DNA of 62,946 bases, the filler included, from Licmophora abbreviata (lineage: Eukaryota): NCBI GenBank assembly GCA_900291995.1. It is 11 parts of 11 records of this genome, joined end to end, with 100 filler letters (N's around TTAATTAATTAA, not from the genome) between each part and the next. Parts side by side here need not be neighbours in the genome. Positions count along the whole stretch, not along the records: positions 1 to 10,561 come from OLMU01001726.1; positions 10,662 to 14,121 come from OLMU01001728.1; 9 more parts are not named here. One strand, written 5' to 3'. Positions 1-11,275 of the stretch are shown here, in pieces (the stretch's first letter is position 1; every line of letters begins with the position of its first letter). The position numbers were made by a program, and so were the translations under genes. Below the pieces are notes generated by a model. The model was not told the DNA's origin. It saw nothing but the letters and a program-made list of their open reading frames with translations, and made no database searches.

Positions 1-283
1 GTTGTGCCATGTTCGCGATCAAGCTCGGATGTGAAGTTGGGAACTTTCCAAGACAGCCAGAAAATGCAAAAGCCGGGCACTTCTGTTCAATCTGATCAGA
101 CAAACAGACATCTGAGGCTATAGTATAGATGACGTGTATTTTCTCTCGTATTCTTTGACAGAAAGCATCACAAAAATGTCAAAAGTTGATGGACGTTCTC
201 TGCTGTGGCCATCACGACTGTCGCGACGATGAATACGACCGCACACGCACAAGAACATATATACAAACGAGATACATACCATC

Positions 284-2026
284 ATGGCAACGACTTCCCC
301 AACCGAGACTTCTTCCAAGAAGAATGAAGCGTCCAAGGCGATGCTTGAGAAAAGAATATTGCACCGCAAGGCATCCCTGACCGCCGGTGAATCTGCCTTT
401 TTACACTCTCTCTTGATCGATCCCTCCAAGTCGCCGTGTGACTCCACATCAGCAGCGATAACAGAGGATGACACTGATCGACATTTAAAACAAACGGCAG
501 AGGCCGCACAGATCCTCGACGATGACATGTTGTTTTCGGTTCCATGGAATGAGAACACTCCGTCTGAAGATCAACACGAAGAAGGCCCTCCCTCGAGACC
601 TCCCAAGAGCAAGAGAAAGATCTCCAACTGGGTGGGACTATGGAAGTCCTTCGAAGAAGGGGTGCGTCCGCAATGGCTGATTCAGAATGCACGCTCGAAG
701 CCCAAGGATACCCCACCCAGAGTGATTTCGTCTCAGCGTACCGGAACCAAGACGGAAGACACCGAGGGTTGGGGGAATAGTATGAGCCCAGCGTCAGTAG
801 TGCTGGAACAAGAAGACAGTTTTAACGATGACACGATTCTTTCCGATGAAGAAGTACGGGCAGATATGCATCAGAGTGACGAGTCGAGTGCTTCCAGCTG
901 GGCCGAGTCTGAACGCTCGGAGCACTATGATGCTTGGGCTGTCCTTAAGGATGAGTACGCGCAGGACTTTGGCTTTGATTACAGCCTGGGAAGCACGCCA
1001 CAGCTGGAAGACGACGAGGAAGGCAACAAATTCATCATTATTGGAACCTCTGCCGATGATAAGTCGGCACAACCGCATGTAATGTCACCTCCGCTCATGG
1101 ATTCCCTCATGAACTTTCTTCCCGAAGCTATCTCAAAAGAGAACTGGTGGCTCAAGTATTCACTTGTGAGGGATGGTGCATCGTTGGACACCTTCAAGCG
1201 CTATGTCCGAGGCGCCAAGAATACGGTACTTGCTATCGAAACAACCACTGGTGACGTCTTTGGTGCCTTCACGGCGTCCACGTGGAGAACGAATCCAAAC
1301 TTTTACGGCAGCGGCGAGGCCTTTCTCTGGAAGATGCGTTACAATCGCATGTCACCTTGTGGGAGTTTGTTTGAGCAAGCCCAACTGGAATCTGATATTG
1401 ACGTTTACGTGTACTCTCACTTGAATCGTTTTGTGCAGCTCTCCACCCATGACATGTTGGCGATTGGTGGAGGGGAATTGCCCGAAAGTCAAGTTCAGGA
1501 TAACGACAACGCGTATGACGACAATACGGTCGATACACCGGTGCACTACGACGTCGAGCTGGACGGAGAGACAGGATTTGGGATCGCTCTAACGGATGAC
1601 TTGCTACGTGGTACATCCTCCAGCTGTGCGACCTTTCGAAATCCTTCTCTCGTTCATCGTTCATCACGAGGCGAAACTTTCGAGGTAGTCAACCTCGAAG
1701 CATGGACCTTTTCTCCATGCTGCGATGTGAACTCAGCGGAAAAGTTGGAAATGAGCAAATTTTTCATAAGGGAGAGTTTGCGCTCTGTAAGTTCGACCGA
1801 GCGCTCGATAGATGACCCGATGGAGTCCGGAAGCGCGTGCAGTAGCCCGCAAACTTCGTATTTGAGCTCGTCCAGTGCACGCAATCCGACTCGCAATTCT
1901 CCTCAGTTTAGCTCTAGTGACTTTGTTCAACAGAAGTTCTATCGACGTGTTGGCGCAGAGGATGAGAACGAGATGAAACGAGACCAATGGGCACCAGCTA
2001 ACAGATTGGGTGGTGTTGGTATTTGA
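284..2026 (+). CDS. TLDc-domain protein (OXR1/NCOA7-like)
   Basis: 580-aa intronless ORF with TLDc motifs WWLKYSLVRDGASLDTF, VLAIETTTGDVFGAF, FYGSGEAFLW, LAIGGG, GTSSSCATFRN and FEVVNLEAW. Confidence 0.9.
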   Translation: MATTSPTETSSKKNEASKAMLEKRILHRKASLTAGESAFLHSLLIDPSKSPCDSTSAAITEDDTDRHLKQTAEAAQILDDDMLFSVPWNENTPSEDQHEEGPPSRPPKSKRKISNWVGLWKSFEEGVRPQWLIQNARSKPKDTPPRVISSQRTGTKTEDTEGWGNSMSPASVVLEQEDSFNDDTILSDEEVRADMHQSDESSASSWAESERSEHYDAWAVLKDEYAQDFGFDYSLGSTPQLEDDEEGNKFIIIGTSADDKSAQPHVMSPPLMDSLMNFLPEAISKENWWLKYSLVRDGASLDTFKRYVRGAKNTVLAIETTTGDVFGAFTASTWRTNPNFYGSGEAFLWKMRYNRMSPCGSLFEQAQLESDIDVYVYSHLNRFVQLSTHDMLAIGGGELPESQVQDNDNAYDDNTVDTPVHYDVELDGETGFGIALTDDLLRGTSSSCATFRNPSLVHRSSRGETFEVVNLEAWTFSPCCDVNSAEKLEMSKFFIRESLRSVSSTERSIDDPMESGSACSSPQTSYLSSSSARNPTRNSPQFSSSDFVQQKFYRRVGAEDENEMKRDQWAPANRLGGVGI

Positions 2027-2414
2027 GGACGAGCAACACGAACTGTCTGCTTCGGTTAGAGAAAATATGTTGTTTAGACTAGCATGAATGAATATATACT
2101 TGCATGCGCTCTAGTCTTTGAGTTCTGAATGCTTTAGCCTTATAGTGCGAACAATCACTTTACTAACTCGTAGACCTACTATGGTAGTCGATTCTTGGGG
2201 TTGCGACGATTTCAAATCATGTCGCCAGCGGAGATGCCAGATCGGAAAATGTCAAGCCACGTCATCATAAGACTTTTTCACAGACGACGCAACACACAAC
2301 CGACGCAAAATACAAAATACACATCGACATCGAATCCATCAGCACCTCTTCCATCAAGGTCACGGTTGTCGTTGGCAGCTTCTTGGGCGAGAGCTACGAA
2401 AACCTGGTCTCCAA

Positions 2415-3551
2415 ATGTTTCTACTACGCCAATGTGTTCACTTCGTGAGGTGCGTCGGATCGGGTGTGGCTTCCTGCTGCCGAATAAACCCCCGACGACG
2501 CATCGACATCACAGAGGCTGGATCTGAGTCTGGCAGCTTGATGCTTGACCCCGAATCTTCTTCGCAGCCGATGTATCAGACAGCAGTATTGGCACCGCCT
2601 CGAAGCTTCACCACCGAGTTTAAAGAATTTGCTCATTCCAAGGAAGCCTGGTTGATTGGTCTCGTGAATATCGTAATTTATCACTGCCTGGCAGTGATTG
2701 CGTTCTCCTTTGTGTTCGAACGGTGGCCTATCATTGACTCAGTCTACTTTGCTGTCGTGTGCTTCACCACAATCGGATTTGGAGATCTTGTACCGCAATC
2801 GGACCCGGGAAAGCTCTTCGTCGTCTTCTTTGCCATCTACGGCATTCTGATCCTGGGCTTCTTTGTCAGCGTCGTTGGAGAAATCGTCATTGATATGCAG
2901 GACGCAGCAGTGACGAGTGCCAAGAAGAACGCATCACAGCAAGTTCTCAGAATGTTCTCTTCAAGCGATGTTTCTGAACGAAACTTGAAACCAAAAGAAC
3001 CAACGCTTTTTGAAGAGTTCTTAAATGTTCTGGTGTTAGAGGCTCCGATTCTTGCAATCATCTCTCTGATTGCCATCATCATTGGCTCGCTCGAGGGCTG
3101 GTCCATCATCAAGAGTCTATACTTTTGCATTATTACGTCTACAACAATCGGTTTCGGGGATCTTCATCCAGACTCGACTGGTCTCAAACTAGTTTCAATC
3201 CTCTTCTTGCCTTTCGCCGTCGCTGTTTTCGGCGAAGTTTTGGGGAGGGTTGCGGGGGTTTACTTTGAGCGCAACGTGAGAGCAGCCGAGAAGGAATTTC
3301 TTGCACGACAATTAACGTTGTGTGATTTGAATGCCATGGACGTGAACAAGAACGGACAAGTAACGATGGGTGAGTTCCTGTCGTTCATGCTGGTCGCCAT
3401 GCAAAAAGTAGACAAGGAAGATATGGATGAGGTCCGCGCCCTGTTTCGAACTCTGGACGTAACGAACAGTGGTTATCTGGGAAAGGAAGATCTTGCCATC
3501 TTGGTAGAAAGAAAGCAACACAAACTCGCTGATCGTGATCCAGCCCGTTAG
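2415..3551 (+). CDS. Two-pore (4TM/2P) K+ channel with C-terminal EF-hands, TPK/KCO-like
   Basis: Two pore loops, each TTIGFGD, each flanked by hydrophobic helices; EF-hand loops DVNKNGQVTMGEF and DVTNSGYLGKEDL. Confidence 0.92.
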   Translation: MFLLRQCVHFVRCVGSGVASCCRINPRRRIDITEAGSESGSLMLDPESSSQPMYQTAVLAPPRSFTTEFKEFAHSKEAWLIGLVNIVIYHCLAVIAFSFVFERWPIIDSVYFAVVCFTTIGFGDLVPQSDPGKLFVVFFAIYGILILGFFVSVVGEIVIDMQDAAVTSAKKNASQQVLRMFSSSDVSERNLKPKEPTLFEEFLNVLVLEAPILAIISLIAIIIGSLEGWSIIKSLYFCIITSTTIGFGDLHPDSTGLKLVSILFLPFAVAVFGEVLGRVAGVYFERNVRAAEKEFLARQLTLCDLNAMDVNKNGQVTMGEFLSFMLVAMQKVDKEDMDEVRALFRTLDVTNSGYLGKEDLAILVERKQHKLADRDPAR

Positions 3552-4018
3552 TAGCAGCGATAGTTAAGTCGACTGCTCTAGCCAATCCGATTATCTGCTT
3601 GGGATTTCCCCCAGCTGTGCGCTTGGGCCCTTATGCGCTTGCCCGCTTTGAGGTGAAACCACCATATGTCAGTTTGTGGCTCATTTTGATACAAAATCTT
3701 TGTTGCCGTCTCTCTTATCGGTACAAGGTATGACATACTGTTGCATTGGGATTCCCTGTTCATGCTTGTACCCACATCAACTTAGCACCGCGTTGAACAT
3801 CTGCATGTAGTCGAATGAGTCGTCTTGTGGATATGTCTGGCCGTCGCCCATCAGTCAGCAGGATGGTCCGAATCCGCGTGGCGCGCCATTTTTTCGGTCG
3901 AGAACAAAAATGACGAGTGGGTGGACTGTCATTAAACTTCACCAGTTTGTATCTTGTTGCGAGTTGATCTCTCCTCTCCAGGCGATCAAGATCTCATTCC
4001 CATCCTCATTTTTCAATT

Positions 4019-4757
4019 ATGAAACGAGGAATAAATCAGACAAGTTCCCAGCACGCCAAACGCGCGAAAGTCGAAGAACCTGAATTTTCCAAACTCAATC
4101 AGAGCGACCCGGTCCATGGTCGTCGTATTCAGCAGCGTCGTCGCATGGTAGCCTTTGGAAAGAACACAGTAGGATACGACGAGTACATCAAGCAAGTTCC
4201 CAAGCACAAGCGTCGTCCTAGGTCTATGATGCACCCCAGCACCCCCGATCACACGCTTGATATTCCTACAAAGCGCTGGCAAGGACTCGTGCGGGCGTGG
4301 TAAGCTCCAGTAAACCGCGAAGACGCCAACGCTGACGGCATTTGAGATGATCCTAAAACTATGTCTTTCTATTTGAAAATACTGTTTTCTTCACAGGCGA
4401 AAGGCTCTTCATCAGTACGATCCACCGGATCTCGCAAAAGCTTTTGCTGAAGAGGCCGAGAAGAAAGTGGAAAAGAAACCCAAGGTCATTGCAAAGGAAG
4501 CTGCGTCTGTGCAAGAACGTCAGCTCGCAGAAGCAGCCACCTCTGGGATGCTTGTGGACGTCAGTGCCGCGTACTCTGAAGCGGTCGACGACGTCCCCGC
4601 CGAGGTCTCTCCTTCGACTGTCGCCACGGACGAACAATGCAACACTGATGGTTTCGAAGACTCCCTCAACGAACTTGATCAGTGGGAGAAAAGTCGAGAG
4701 AAGAACGAGCATGACTTCCTTTTTGACGATGAGGATAGCGACGACGATCTCCTGTAG
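4019..4757 (+). CDS. SLBP: Histone mRNA stem-loop binding protein
   Basis: RNA-binding domain RRIQQRRRMVAFGKNTVGYDEY...HPSTPD...KRWQGLVRAW. GT-AG intron 4300-4396 restores W-RKALHQYDP and joins the acidic C-terminal ORF ending at 4757. Confidence 0.9.
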
Positions 4758-5093
4758 TGTAGAGATGGATGGAGTTGATCACCTATTCGTATCCATGGAC
4801 TGTGGTGACAGAGCAATAACACTAGCAGAAACACTATTTGCTTTCCTCTAGCTAAATGTCTCCTCTCTCACTTCTCTGTAGCGCCGTCGCTTCACGCCAA
4901 ACTAAGAACGCATTACAGATCGATCACTGAGATTCATCAACCCGTCCCTTGTGTCAGAAAGATTCACTACCTTCTTCTTTGTCAATCACAATGAACGCAA
5001 AATAAATAATCAGTCACCCCCGAAAGAGCCCCGCTCATTCTCTCATCCATCCTCTGCCCCATACCAACTCATTCTCCCATCAACATGTCATCG

Positions 5094-5662
5094 TTAGATG
5101 AGCAGTTGCTCAATTTTCAGCTTCATGCCGTCAATCGAAGACTTCAGCTGAGAAGCCTCGTTCGTGGTAATGGAGCAGGCGATAACAGGCCTGGAGACTC
5201 CACAGGCTCTTCCAAGCGCAATCTTGCTGTAGAAGGATACAGAAATCAAGAGACAGATGAGTTTTGTCAGCGTGTATGCTCACGGTAGGGCGTCTCGAGA
5301 CGGTTCAGAGACGAAGGTACATTATTTACCTGGGTACAAACACGTATGGGACGTTCTTGTCTTCACAGAGCAACGGCAAATGAAGCAAAATCTCGATTGG
5401 TTCTGCATCAGCCGACATGACAATCATTTCGCTGATTCCACGATTCAATGTCTTGGTGGCCTCGTTGGCGCCCTGTTGAGCGGGAAACAAGAGGACAAAC
5501 ATGTTGGACGAGGCCAGTCCACAGAGCCGAACACGTCCAAAAGTTCGTATTCAGTTTTTCACTTACCTTTTTCGTCTGTTTATAATTAGTTGCCTGTTGT
5601 ATCAAGTCCAACAAGGCAATCGTCAAGTCGGCATCCGCCAGCGGGAAGGCTTTCTCCGACAT
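5094..5662 (-). CDS. SNU13: 15.5K kink-turn binding protein (U4/box C/D snRNP)
   Basis: Exons 5567-5662, 5330-5472 and 5094-5226 splice to [14 protein letters not shown]...[17 protein letters not shown]...[43 protein letters not shown]...IEQLLI*. Confidence 0.96.
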
Positions 5663-6024
5663 GGTCGATACTAGTTCGCTTCGTCGTCTCAAAAGGTTTT
5701 ATGACGTGATGCGAGACCGCGACGAGCGAAAGATTTTTACTTCGTGGCTGTCAGACAAACCGGAATCAGGAATCAGGCGTCTGTCAGATCAACCATATTT
5801 GTGACGCTCATCATCAGCAACGCGACAACCACTAGGAACCTACGTAGGGCTCCTACCCCGAAGTACGATACAAAAAAAAGAACATGCGGAATTCGGAACT
5901 TGGTCTCATTTTCTGAAAAAGAAAACAAGCGGAGAACGAATTGATTTGGAATGAATCGAAAGCAGAAAGCACACAGTCAGATCGCGACAAACTGTCTCAC
6001 TCATCATCGTACTAGCATGGAAGT

Positions 6025-7461
6025 ATGGGATTGAAGGTCATTTTTATGCTTTGCCTTGGTTTCGTGTCTGAGTGTGGAGCATTTCTCTCTTTCTCGTCAC
6101 CAACGCTATTAGTGCCTTCGTCGCGATGGAGATGCCGACGCGAGAACGCTGTCTTGGGGCCTCCGACCTGCAATACATATGGCTCTTCAGCGTCGGCACT
6201 TCCCATGGTTTCGAACCAGTTTGACGTTTCCAACCCTGTCTTTGATCTATTTGCGCTCCGCTCTATCCGTGGAGATGCCTTGCTACGCTACAACACGCTG
6301 AACCAAAGCGAACCTCTTCGCATCAATCTGTTTGCACTTCTGGCGGTCACTTTGTTTTCCACTCCCATCATTAGTGAGTCTGTTGGAGGAGAACCAATGG
6401 GGGCAATTCAGTCGATCAGTTCCGTCTTAGGTGGTATGGCGAGCGTGACTCTGTTTGTACGAGAATGCCAGAAACGATCGAAACAACTGACTAGGATAGA
6501 GAAGGAACTCAACGCCGAAGGCTTGCCCATTCGTGTCCCGGCAAGCATTCTGGCTGATATGGCATTCAAAAAACCCCAAACATTGAAGAAGCTCAAACAG
6601 TCGACGAGCCCCCCTCGCATCATTGCTGTTTGTGGGACTGCGTCACAGCTCAAAGATACGTTCGAGCAACTGAGCGTCTTGGGTCGAAGACTGCAACAGT
6701 CGTCCACGTTTGTTGTCCCTGTGCCTGTCGATGGTTCAAGTCGCGCAGACTGGGGTATAATGAGCGAAAATTCTCGATGGCTTGCTGATGCATATAGTCT
6801 GGAAGAATGGAAGTCATACTTTAACGAACTGGCTGACGAGAGCACCGACTTTCGCTGGTTTGGACTCAATTCGAACGGACGGAGTTTCGGATCGGGCTCG
6901 GGTGACAGTCCGCAATGGTTGGAGGTTTTGGGACAACACTTGAGGCCAACGGAACTTCTCGACGAGACCGACTCAAGTGTGGGTACTCGCGACGCAGGTG
7001 TGGCATCTGTTCTCGATGCCCAAAAAGCATTCTACGACGCTCTCACGGATGGGAACCTGGACAATATGAATTCGATTTGCTCTGCAACACAGACGGAACA
7101 AGTCACGGAGGTCGTAAGGGCCGGAGGTCGAATCGACGACTGGCACGCTTGCTTGGCGGACGGGGCTCGTCCCGTGGGAATGCAAGTCTCAGGGGCAGAT
7201 GCTCATGTTGTATCGGATACAGAAGCTTACAGCACTGTGGTCGAATTCCCAACAAACACAGGTTTTGAAGCAGCGACGTTGCTCGCTGTTCAGCACTGGA
7301 CAAGAGCGTCGACATCAGAGGAATGGAAGCTACAGCTACACCAAACCATTCCTTGGAGCGCGGAATCGAGGGCACAAGGCACTCTGCGGTGCGATTGTCG
7401 TGGCTGTGTCGCTTTGACGCGTTCCACGGAGCGGACAACGTTTGGCGGCCTCATTGGGTAA
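6025..7461 (+). CDS. Plastid-targeted LPA1/DUF3493-like protein with C-terminal SnoaL/NTF2-like domain
   Basis: Signal peptide ending CGA-F, then a Ser/Arg-rich transit peptide. Two TM helices followed by ECQKRSKQLTRIEKEL resemble LPA1; the C-terminal segment AQKAFYDALTDGNLDNM...WKLQLHQT resembles SnoaL. Confidence 0.6.
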   Translation: MGLKVIFMLCLGFVSECGAFLSFSSPTLLVPSSRWRCRRENAVLGPPTCNTYGSSASALPMVSNQFDVSNPVFDLFALRSIRGDALLRYNTLNQSEPLRINLFALLAVTLFSTPIISESVGGEPMGAIQSISSVLGGMASVTLFVRECQKRSKQLTRIEKELNAEGLPIRVPASILADMAFKKPQTLKKLKQSTSPPRIIAVCGTASQLKDTFEQLSVLGRRLQQSSTFVVPVPVDGSSRADWGIMSENSRWLADAYSLEEWKSYFNELADESTDFRWFGLNSNGRSFGSGSGDSPQWLEVLGQHLRPTELLDETDSSVGTRDAGVASVLDAQKAFYDALTDGNLDNMNSICSATQTEQVTEVVRAGGRIDDWHACLADGARPVGMQVSGADAHVVSDTEAYSTVVEFPTNTGFEAATLLAVQHWTRASTSEEWKLQLHQTIPWSAESRAQGTLRCDCRGCVALTRSTERTTFGGLIG

Positions 7462-7525
7462 ATTCGAAAGCTATACTATTCTCTATCCTCGTCTATTTGT
7501 CAAACTCCGCGGCCTGCTGTTTCGT

Positions 7526-9196
7526 CTACTCAATCAGTCTCGTTCTTGTTGGTGTTCGTAAGGTTGAGTAATCGGTACCACCATCGTCGTCTCCCAGCAG
7601 ATGCTGCTGTTCGTGATTCTCGCGACCGATATCTCCGTACTCCAGGTCAAACTTCTCGTCATCCGTCAGGGGCCTCGCTTCATGCTCTAAGCTTCGCGTC
7701 GACGACGAGTGCGAATTGATTTGATCCGACAACGTGCCTGTGAGAGGAGGCCAGTCGGCACTATCGAATGGAATATGAGCTGGTACCTCTACTGTGGGCT
7801 CTTCCTTCGTTTTTCCAGGACCACACAGACTTTCGACAGTCTCCGCTGGATTGTTCGCTGGCGTGTCTCGGTCAGAAAACCCTGTGCTACCACTTTGACC
7901 CTCACTGTTGCTGGCCCTAAGCCAGTCTTCGAGACTGGGCACGCTGTCACTACTGGTGGACGCAACGGGGTTGGAGACACGAAGTGGCAGCGGACGCGGT
8001 GGGCGCAAGGACAGGTCTTGGGGTTTCTCGGACATTGACACTGATGACGTCGGTCTCCTAGGCGGTGACTTCTGTTTATGATTCGGCTGCTGTGATGTGC
8101 TCGTCTCTCTCATTGTCGAAGCACTGGACCATAGGTTATCAGCGAAACGAACCGCAGAATCAGCACGAGGCCTCGTGATTCCAGTTTGTGAGGGCGCAGC
8201 ATCCGCGGACGAGAATCGTCCGTCGGAGGATGTGGAACCAGCAGAGCGGGAGCTGTCCAGGTCCGATGGTGTAAAGTTGTGGTCAAGTGGTTTCTTGGAT
8301 CGATACTGACGGATGATACTGACATTGTTGTTCAGGGACGCGAGGGCCTTGCTTCGAAGGTTGTTGTGCAATGTAACGGGTAAGAGGGTTCGCTCGAAGT
8401 CTTCGTCAAATATCCGATGTGATCCCATGGCGCTCGAGTGCATGATTATGCGCCCGAACATACTAAAGACAGATGCAACATGAATGAAAAGTCCCAGTGT
8501 GACGAACGCCAACAGTCCTGACCAGAAGCCTGGGGGGAGTAGCAAGAAGAAGAATAAAATCACCCACAGCAAGAATGAGTAGATTGCACTAACGATGAAG
8601 CGACCGGGTAGTTCCGCCACATACTGCCCGATCGAACTCCGTAGAATACACTTCGCGTTAGCATCTGACAGAGATGAAACCATACCCCACGCAGTAAAGA
8701 CGGACATCAACCCGAGAATCGTTACAATGACGCTAATCAGGATTGTAACACCGGTCCAGAACTCAACAGTTCGAAAGTTTTCCGCAAAAAGCTGTTGTCG
8801 CATGTGGGTTGTAACAGTAGCGCTGTTGAAGAGAACGTTTAGTTCAGTTCCCAAAAGCAACGACAGAAAGACCATACTGCTCGCGTATCGCTGTGTCATG
8901 TAGCTTCGGAGGTCGGCACCATCTTGGAATATATGAGCGACAGGGACGTTTTTGTGAGTGCGCAAACACCAGCTGCAACTCTCTCTCTCGTAGAAGACTG
9001 CCTTACCCTCGAGCGCAAAAAAAAGGTGACGCCTCCAGATACTGAATGTATCGACTGTAACAAAGAACTCCCGAGGCTTGATGAGCTTGACGAGACTCAG
9101 GACGGTCTGAAAATCGTGATCTCGGCGGGGGTCGACAGACGAGGTGCGTTGTTTCAAAGGAAGAGGCTTGGCGTGCTTATAGTGTTGCGATGCCAT
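7526..9196 (-). CDS. Uncharacterised 4-TM membrane protein with long Ser/Pro-rich tail (paralog of 20845-21640)
   Basis: Four hydrophobic segments; aligns with the 21-kb gene. Probable in-frame 84-nt intron at 8923-9006. Confidence 0.75.
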   Translation of the reverse strand: MASQHYKHAKPLPLKQRTSSVDPRRDHDFQTVLSLVKLIKPREFFVTVDTFSIWRRHLFFALEGKAVFYERESCSWCLRTHKNVPVAHIFQDGADLRSYMTQRYASSMVFLSLLLGTELNVLFNSATVTTHMRQQLFAENFRTVEFWTGVTILISVIVTILGLMSVFTAWGMVSSLSDANAKCILRSSIGQYVAELPGRFIVSAIYSFLLWVILFFFLLLPPGFWSGLLAFVTLGLFIHVASVFSMFGRIIMHSSAMGSHRIFDEDFERTLLPVTLHNNLRSKALASLNNNVSIIRQYRSKKPLDHNFTPSDLDSSRSAGSTSSDGRFSSADAAPSQTGITRPRADSAVRFADNLWSSASTMRETSTSQQPNHKQKSPPRRPTSSVSMSEKPQDLSLRPPRPLPLRVSNPVASTSSDSVPSLEDWLRASNSEGQSGSTGFSDRDTPANNPAETVESLCGPGKTKEEPTVEVPAHIPFDSADWPPLTGTLSDQINSHSSSTRSLEHEARPLTDDEKFDLEYGDIGRENHEQQHLLGDDDGGTDYSTLRTPTRTRLIE

Positions 9197-9555
9197 GATT
9201 CAAGAGGGGTCAAACTGGGCTGAAGGGTGATCTGCGACTGTTACAAGACGGAACTTAAGTTCAAGGGAAGGATGATAGGCTCAATGAAGGCAGACGGGTG
9301 GCACGCGTTCGACACGTTTCAACTCGTCGAGAGACGCGCCGTAGCGACATGCCGGTAAGCTTTCTTGTTTTTTGTGTTGTGTGATGTCTGTCCATGTCAC
9401 TCCGCGCGCGGGCGCGGAGGGGGGTGATAGTTTGAATCGGATTTCGTTCCTTCTCCCACGAATCTAGCGACATACTCGTAGACTCATAAACCCTAGTTCA
9501 TAGAAGTAAAAATATAGCACTCCACAACTCGACGGTCTTCAACGGTGCGGGTACT

Positions 9556-10561
9556 TCAACTCATGTTGTACCGCGCAGCGCCGCAGCACGATTCCATGGC
9601 TTGCTTCAATTTCTTGCGCAGGGTCTCTTTGTTTCCGTTGTAGGCTGTTTCTGGAAATGTGACTGATGGAACACACGTGTGCGTCTCGGGGAGCTTGTCA
9701 GGGTTCGTAGAACCTGATTTGAAAACATCAAAGGAGATTTCGATCTTGCGCTTCTTCTTTTCGTCCAGGGATATGAAATTTTGTCCGGTGCAAAACTGCA
9801 AAAACGCGGGTAGGAACTCCACGTTCGAGTCCGCTTCTTCCACAAGAATCTTCTTCAAGTGTTCAATGAGTTGACTCTGGTGACCTACTGGTTCTCCATT
9901 CTCTGCGTAAAGCAGCTTGACCACCTCTTCGGCAGTAAAATATGGGCTGCAAACAGCAATTGATCGACAGCCTCGAGCGGCATGAAAGCGATGACTTGTT
10001 GGAAGCATATTCGTCCTGAAACGAAGTGAAGCGAATTGACATAAAAAGAAAGCCGTCAGAAGACGGTACGATAACTGATGGATATCAACATAGGAATTTC
10101 CTTACCTTCCAATGTGATCCCATCTCTGAGCTTCTGAATGGCCCGCCCTCGAAGTTGGATGAAAGCGTTTGCATGTTCCGCAAGGCTATCCGCATTGCTG
10201 CCATTCGCAAGCCCTTTGAGGTAATCCTTTCCTTGGCCGTCCTGAATAAGATGATAAACTAGTTCGACAACTCTGTAGCTTGGGTCGGTCACGTCGGTGC
10301 CGCGGACGCAAACTTGTGCATAGAGTTGAAACGACACAAATCGAAACGAAAAGGTCAATCAGTAGCCCAAAGTCTGCAGAGCGAGCGTTAAAACTAGGTC
10401 AGACTCACCACTTCGATACAGCGGCCCCAGCACATTTGTAGGGATTGAGATGCCCAATAGTATCGAGTGGGCCAGTAGTCTTCCAACAGCGGCATAGTAT
10501 GAATCTATGCAGTCCATTAAATCCAAAATTCCACCGTCCGCCTCCCCCAGATCTGAATCCG
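9556..10561 (-). CDS. HECT-domain E3 ubiquitin ligase, 3' part (multi-exon, 5' cut by gap)
   Basis: C-lobe motifs FLQFCTG and KLPETHTC (catalytic Cys), then KKLKQAM; upstream exon YYAAVGRLLAHSILLG. One probable homopolymer frameshift near 9945. Confidence 0.85.
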
Positions 10562-10661
10562 NNNNNNNNNNNNNNNNNNNNNNNNNNNNNNNNNNNNNNN
10601 NNNNNTTAATTAATTAANNNNNNNNNNNNNNNNNNNNNNNNNNNNNNNNNNNNNNNNNNNN
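10562..10661. other. Assembly spacer N44-TTAATTAATTAA-N44 (first of ten)
   Basis: Identical 100-nt spacers at 10562, 14122, 20745, 24575, 40907, 49149, 52303, 53890, 56348 and 57702. The 12-mer places stops in all six frames, as expected of an artificial linker. Confidence 0.97.
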
Positions 10662-10850
10662 ATGATCTTGTGCACTACTCATCTGGCGTAAAATGAAATG
10701 ATTGGAGCTACTTTCTTGATCCGGCGACGTCGAATCTCCATCGCCGCTGTCTCCTGCTTGCTTGGCAGAATCATTTCCAGATGCGGGTGCTTTAAATGCA
10801 TTGAGAGCCTTGCTACCTTGGGAAACTATGCCGCTCATGCCGTAACTCAA
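10662..10850 (-). CDS. N-terminal fragment of a gene running into the gap, probably the start of the HECT ligase
   Basis: Open frame from ATG into the gap, same strand as the HECT exons; low-complexity sequence with no recognisable motif. Confidence 0.4.
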
Positions 10851-11275
10851 TTTTCGAATTTGTCGCTGTGTTGCGATGGTCTCAACTTTTTTTCAGGTTT
10901 CGTCAGATCGCCCTGGATAAACCGTGGTTTTACATACCCTGCTGAGAGGAAGTCACAAAACAAGCAGTGCTCGACGTTCCTTGCTTAGCCTGCAAAATGA
11001 ATCGAATCCCTTTACAGTCTGCGTACCGGGTAGTCACCATCGCTCTGGGATGCTTTTGTGCGGTGTGTGGTTCCAGAGGTAGATGGTCGTCTCGTCATCG
11101 CGGAGGGTTTCGTATTGCAGACTCGGGGTTCGCATATGCGAACGCTTTAGTATATAACGCTCCAGTGTCGTCAACGCACTCCAGAGTTACACAACACTCC
11201 GATGCACTTTTTCTGAGGTCTATCTATGTCACACAATGACTATGAGCAACCACCGCTGAATCAACATATGTTTGC

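Noticed and set aside
4905..5000. Possible box C/D snoRNA downstream of SNU13 (TGATGA and CTGA on the minus strand)
   Set aside because: Boxes are imperfect or out of order, with no terminal stem or recognisable rRNA guide; an Infernal/snoscan search would be needed.
10606..10617. TTAATTAATTAA palindrome recurring ten times
   Set aside because: Always centred in N-runs of fixed length; a scaffolding linker, not a biological repeat or CRISPR array.
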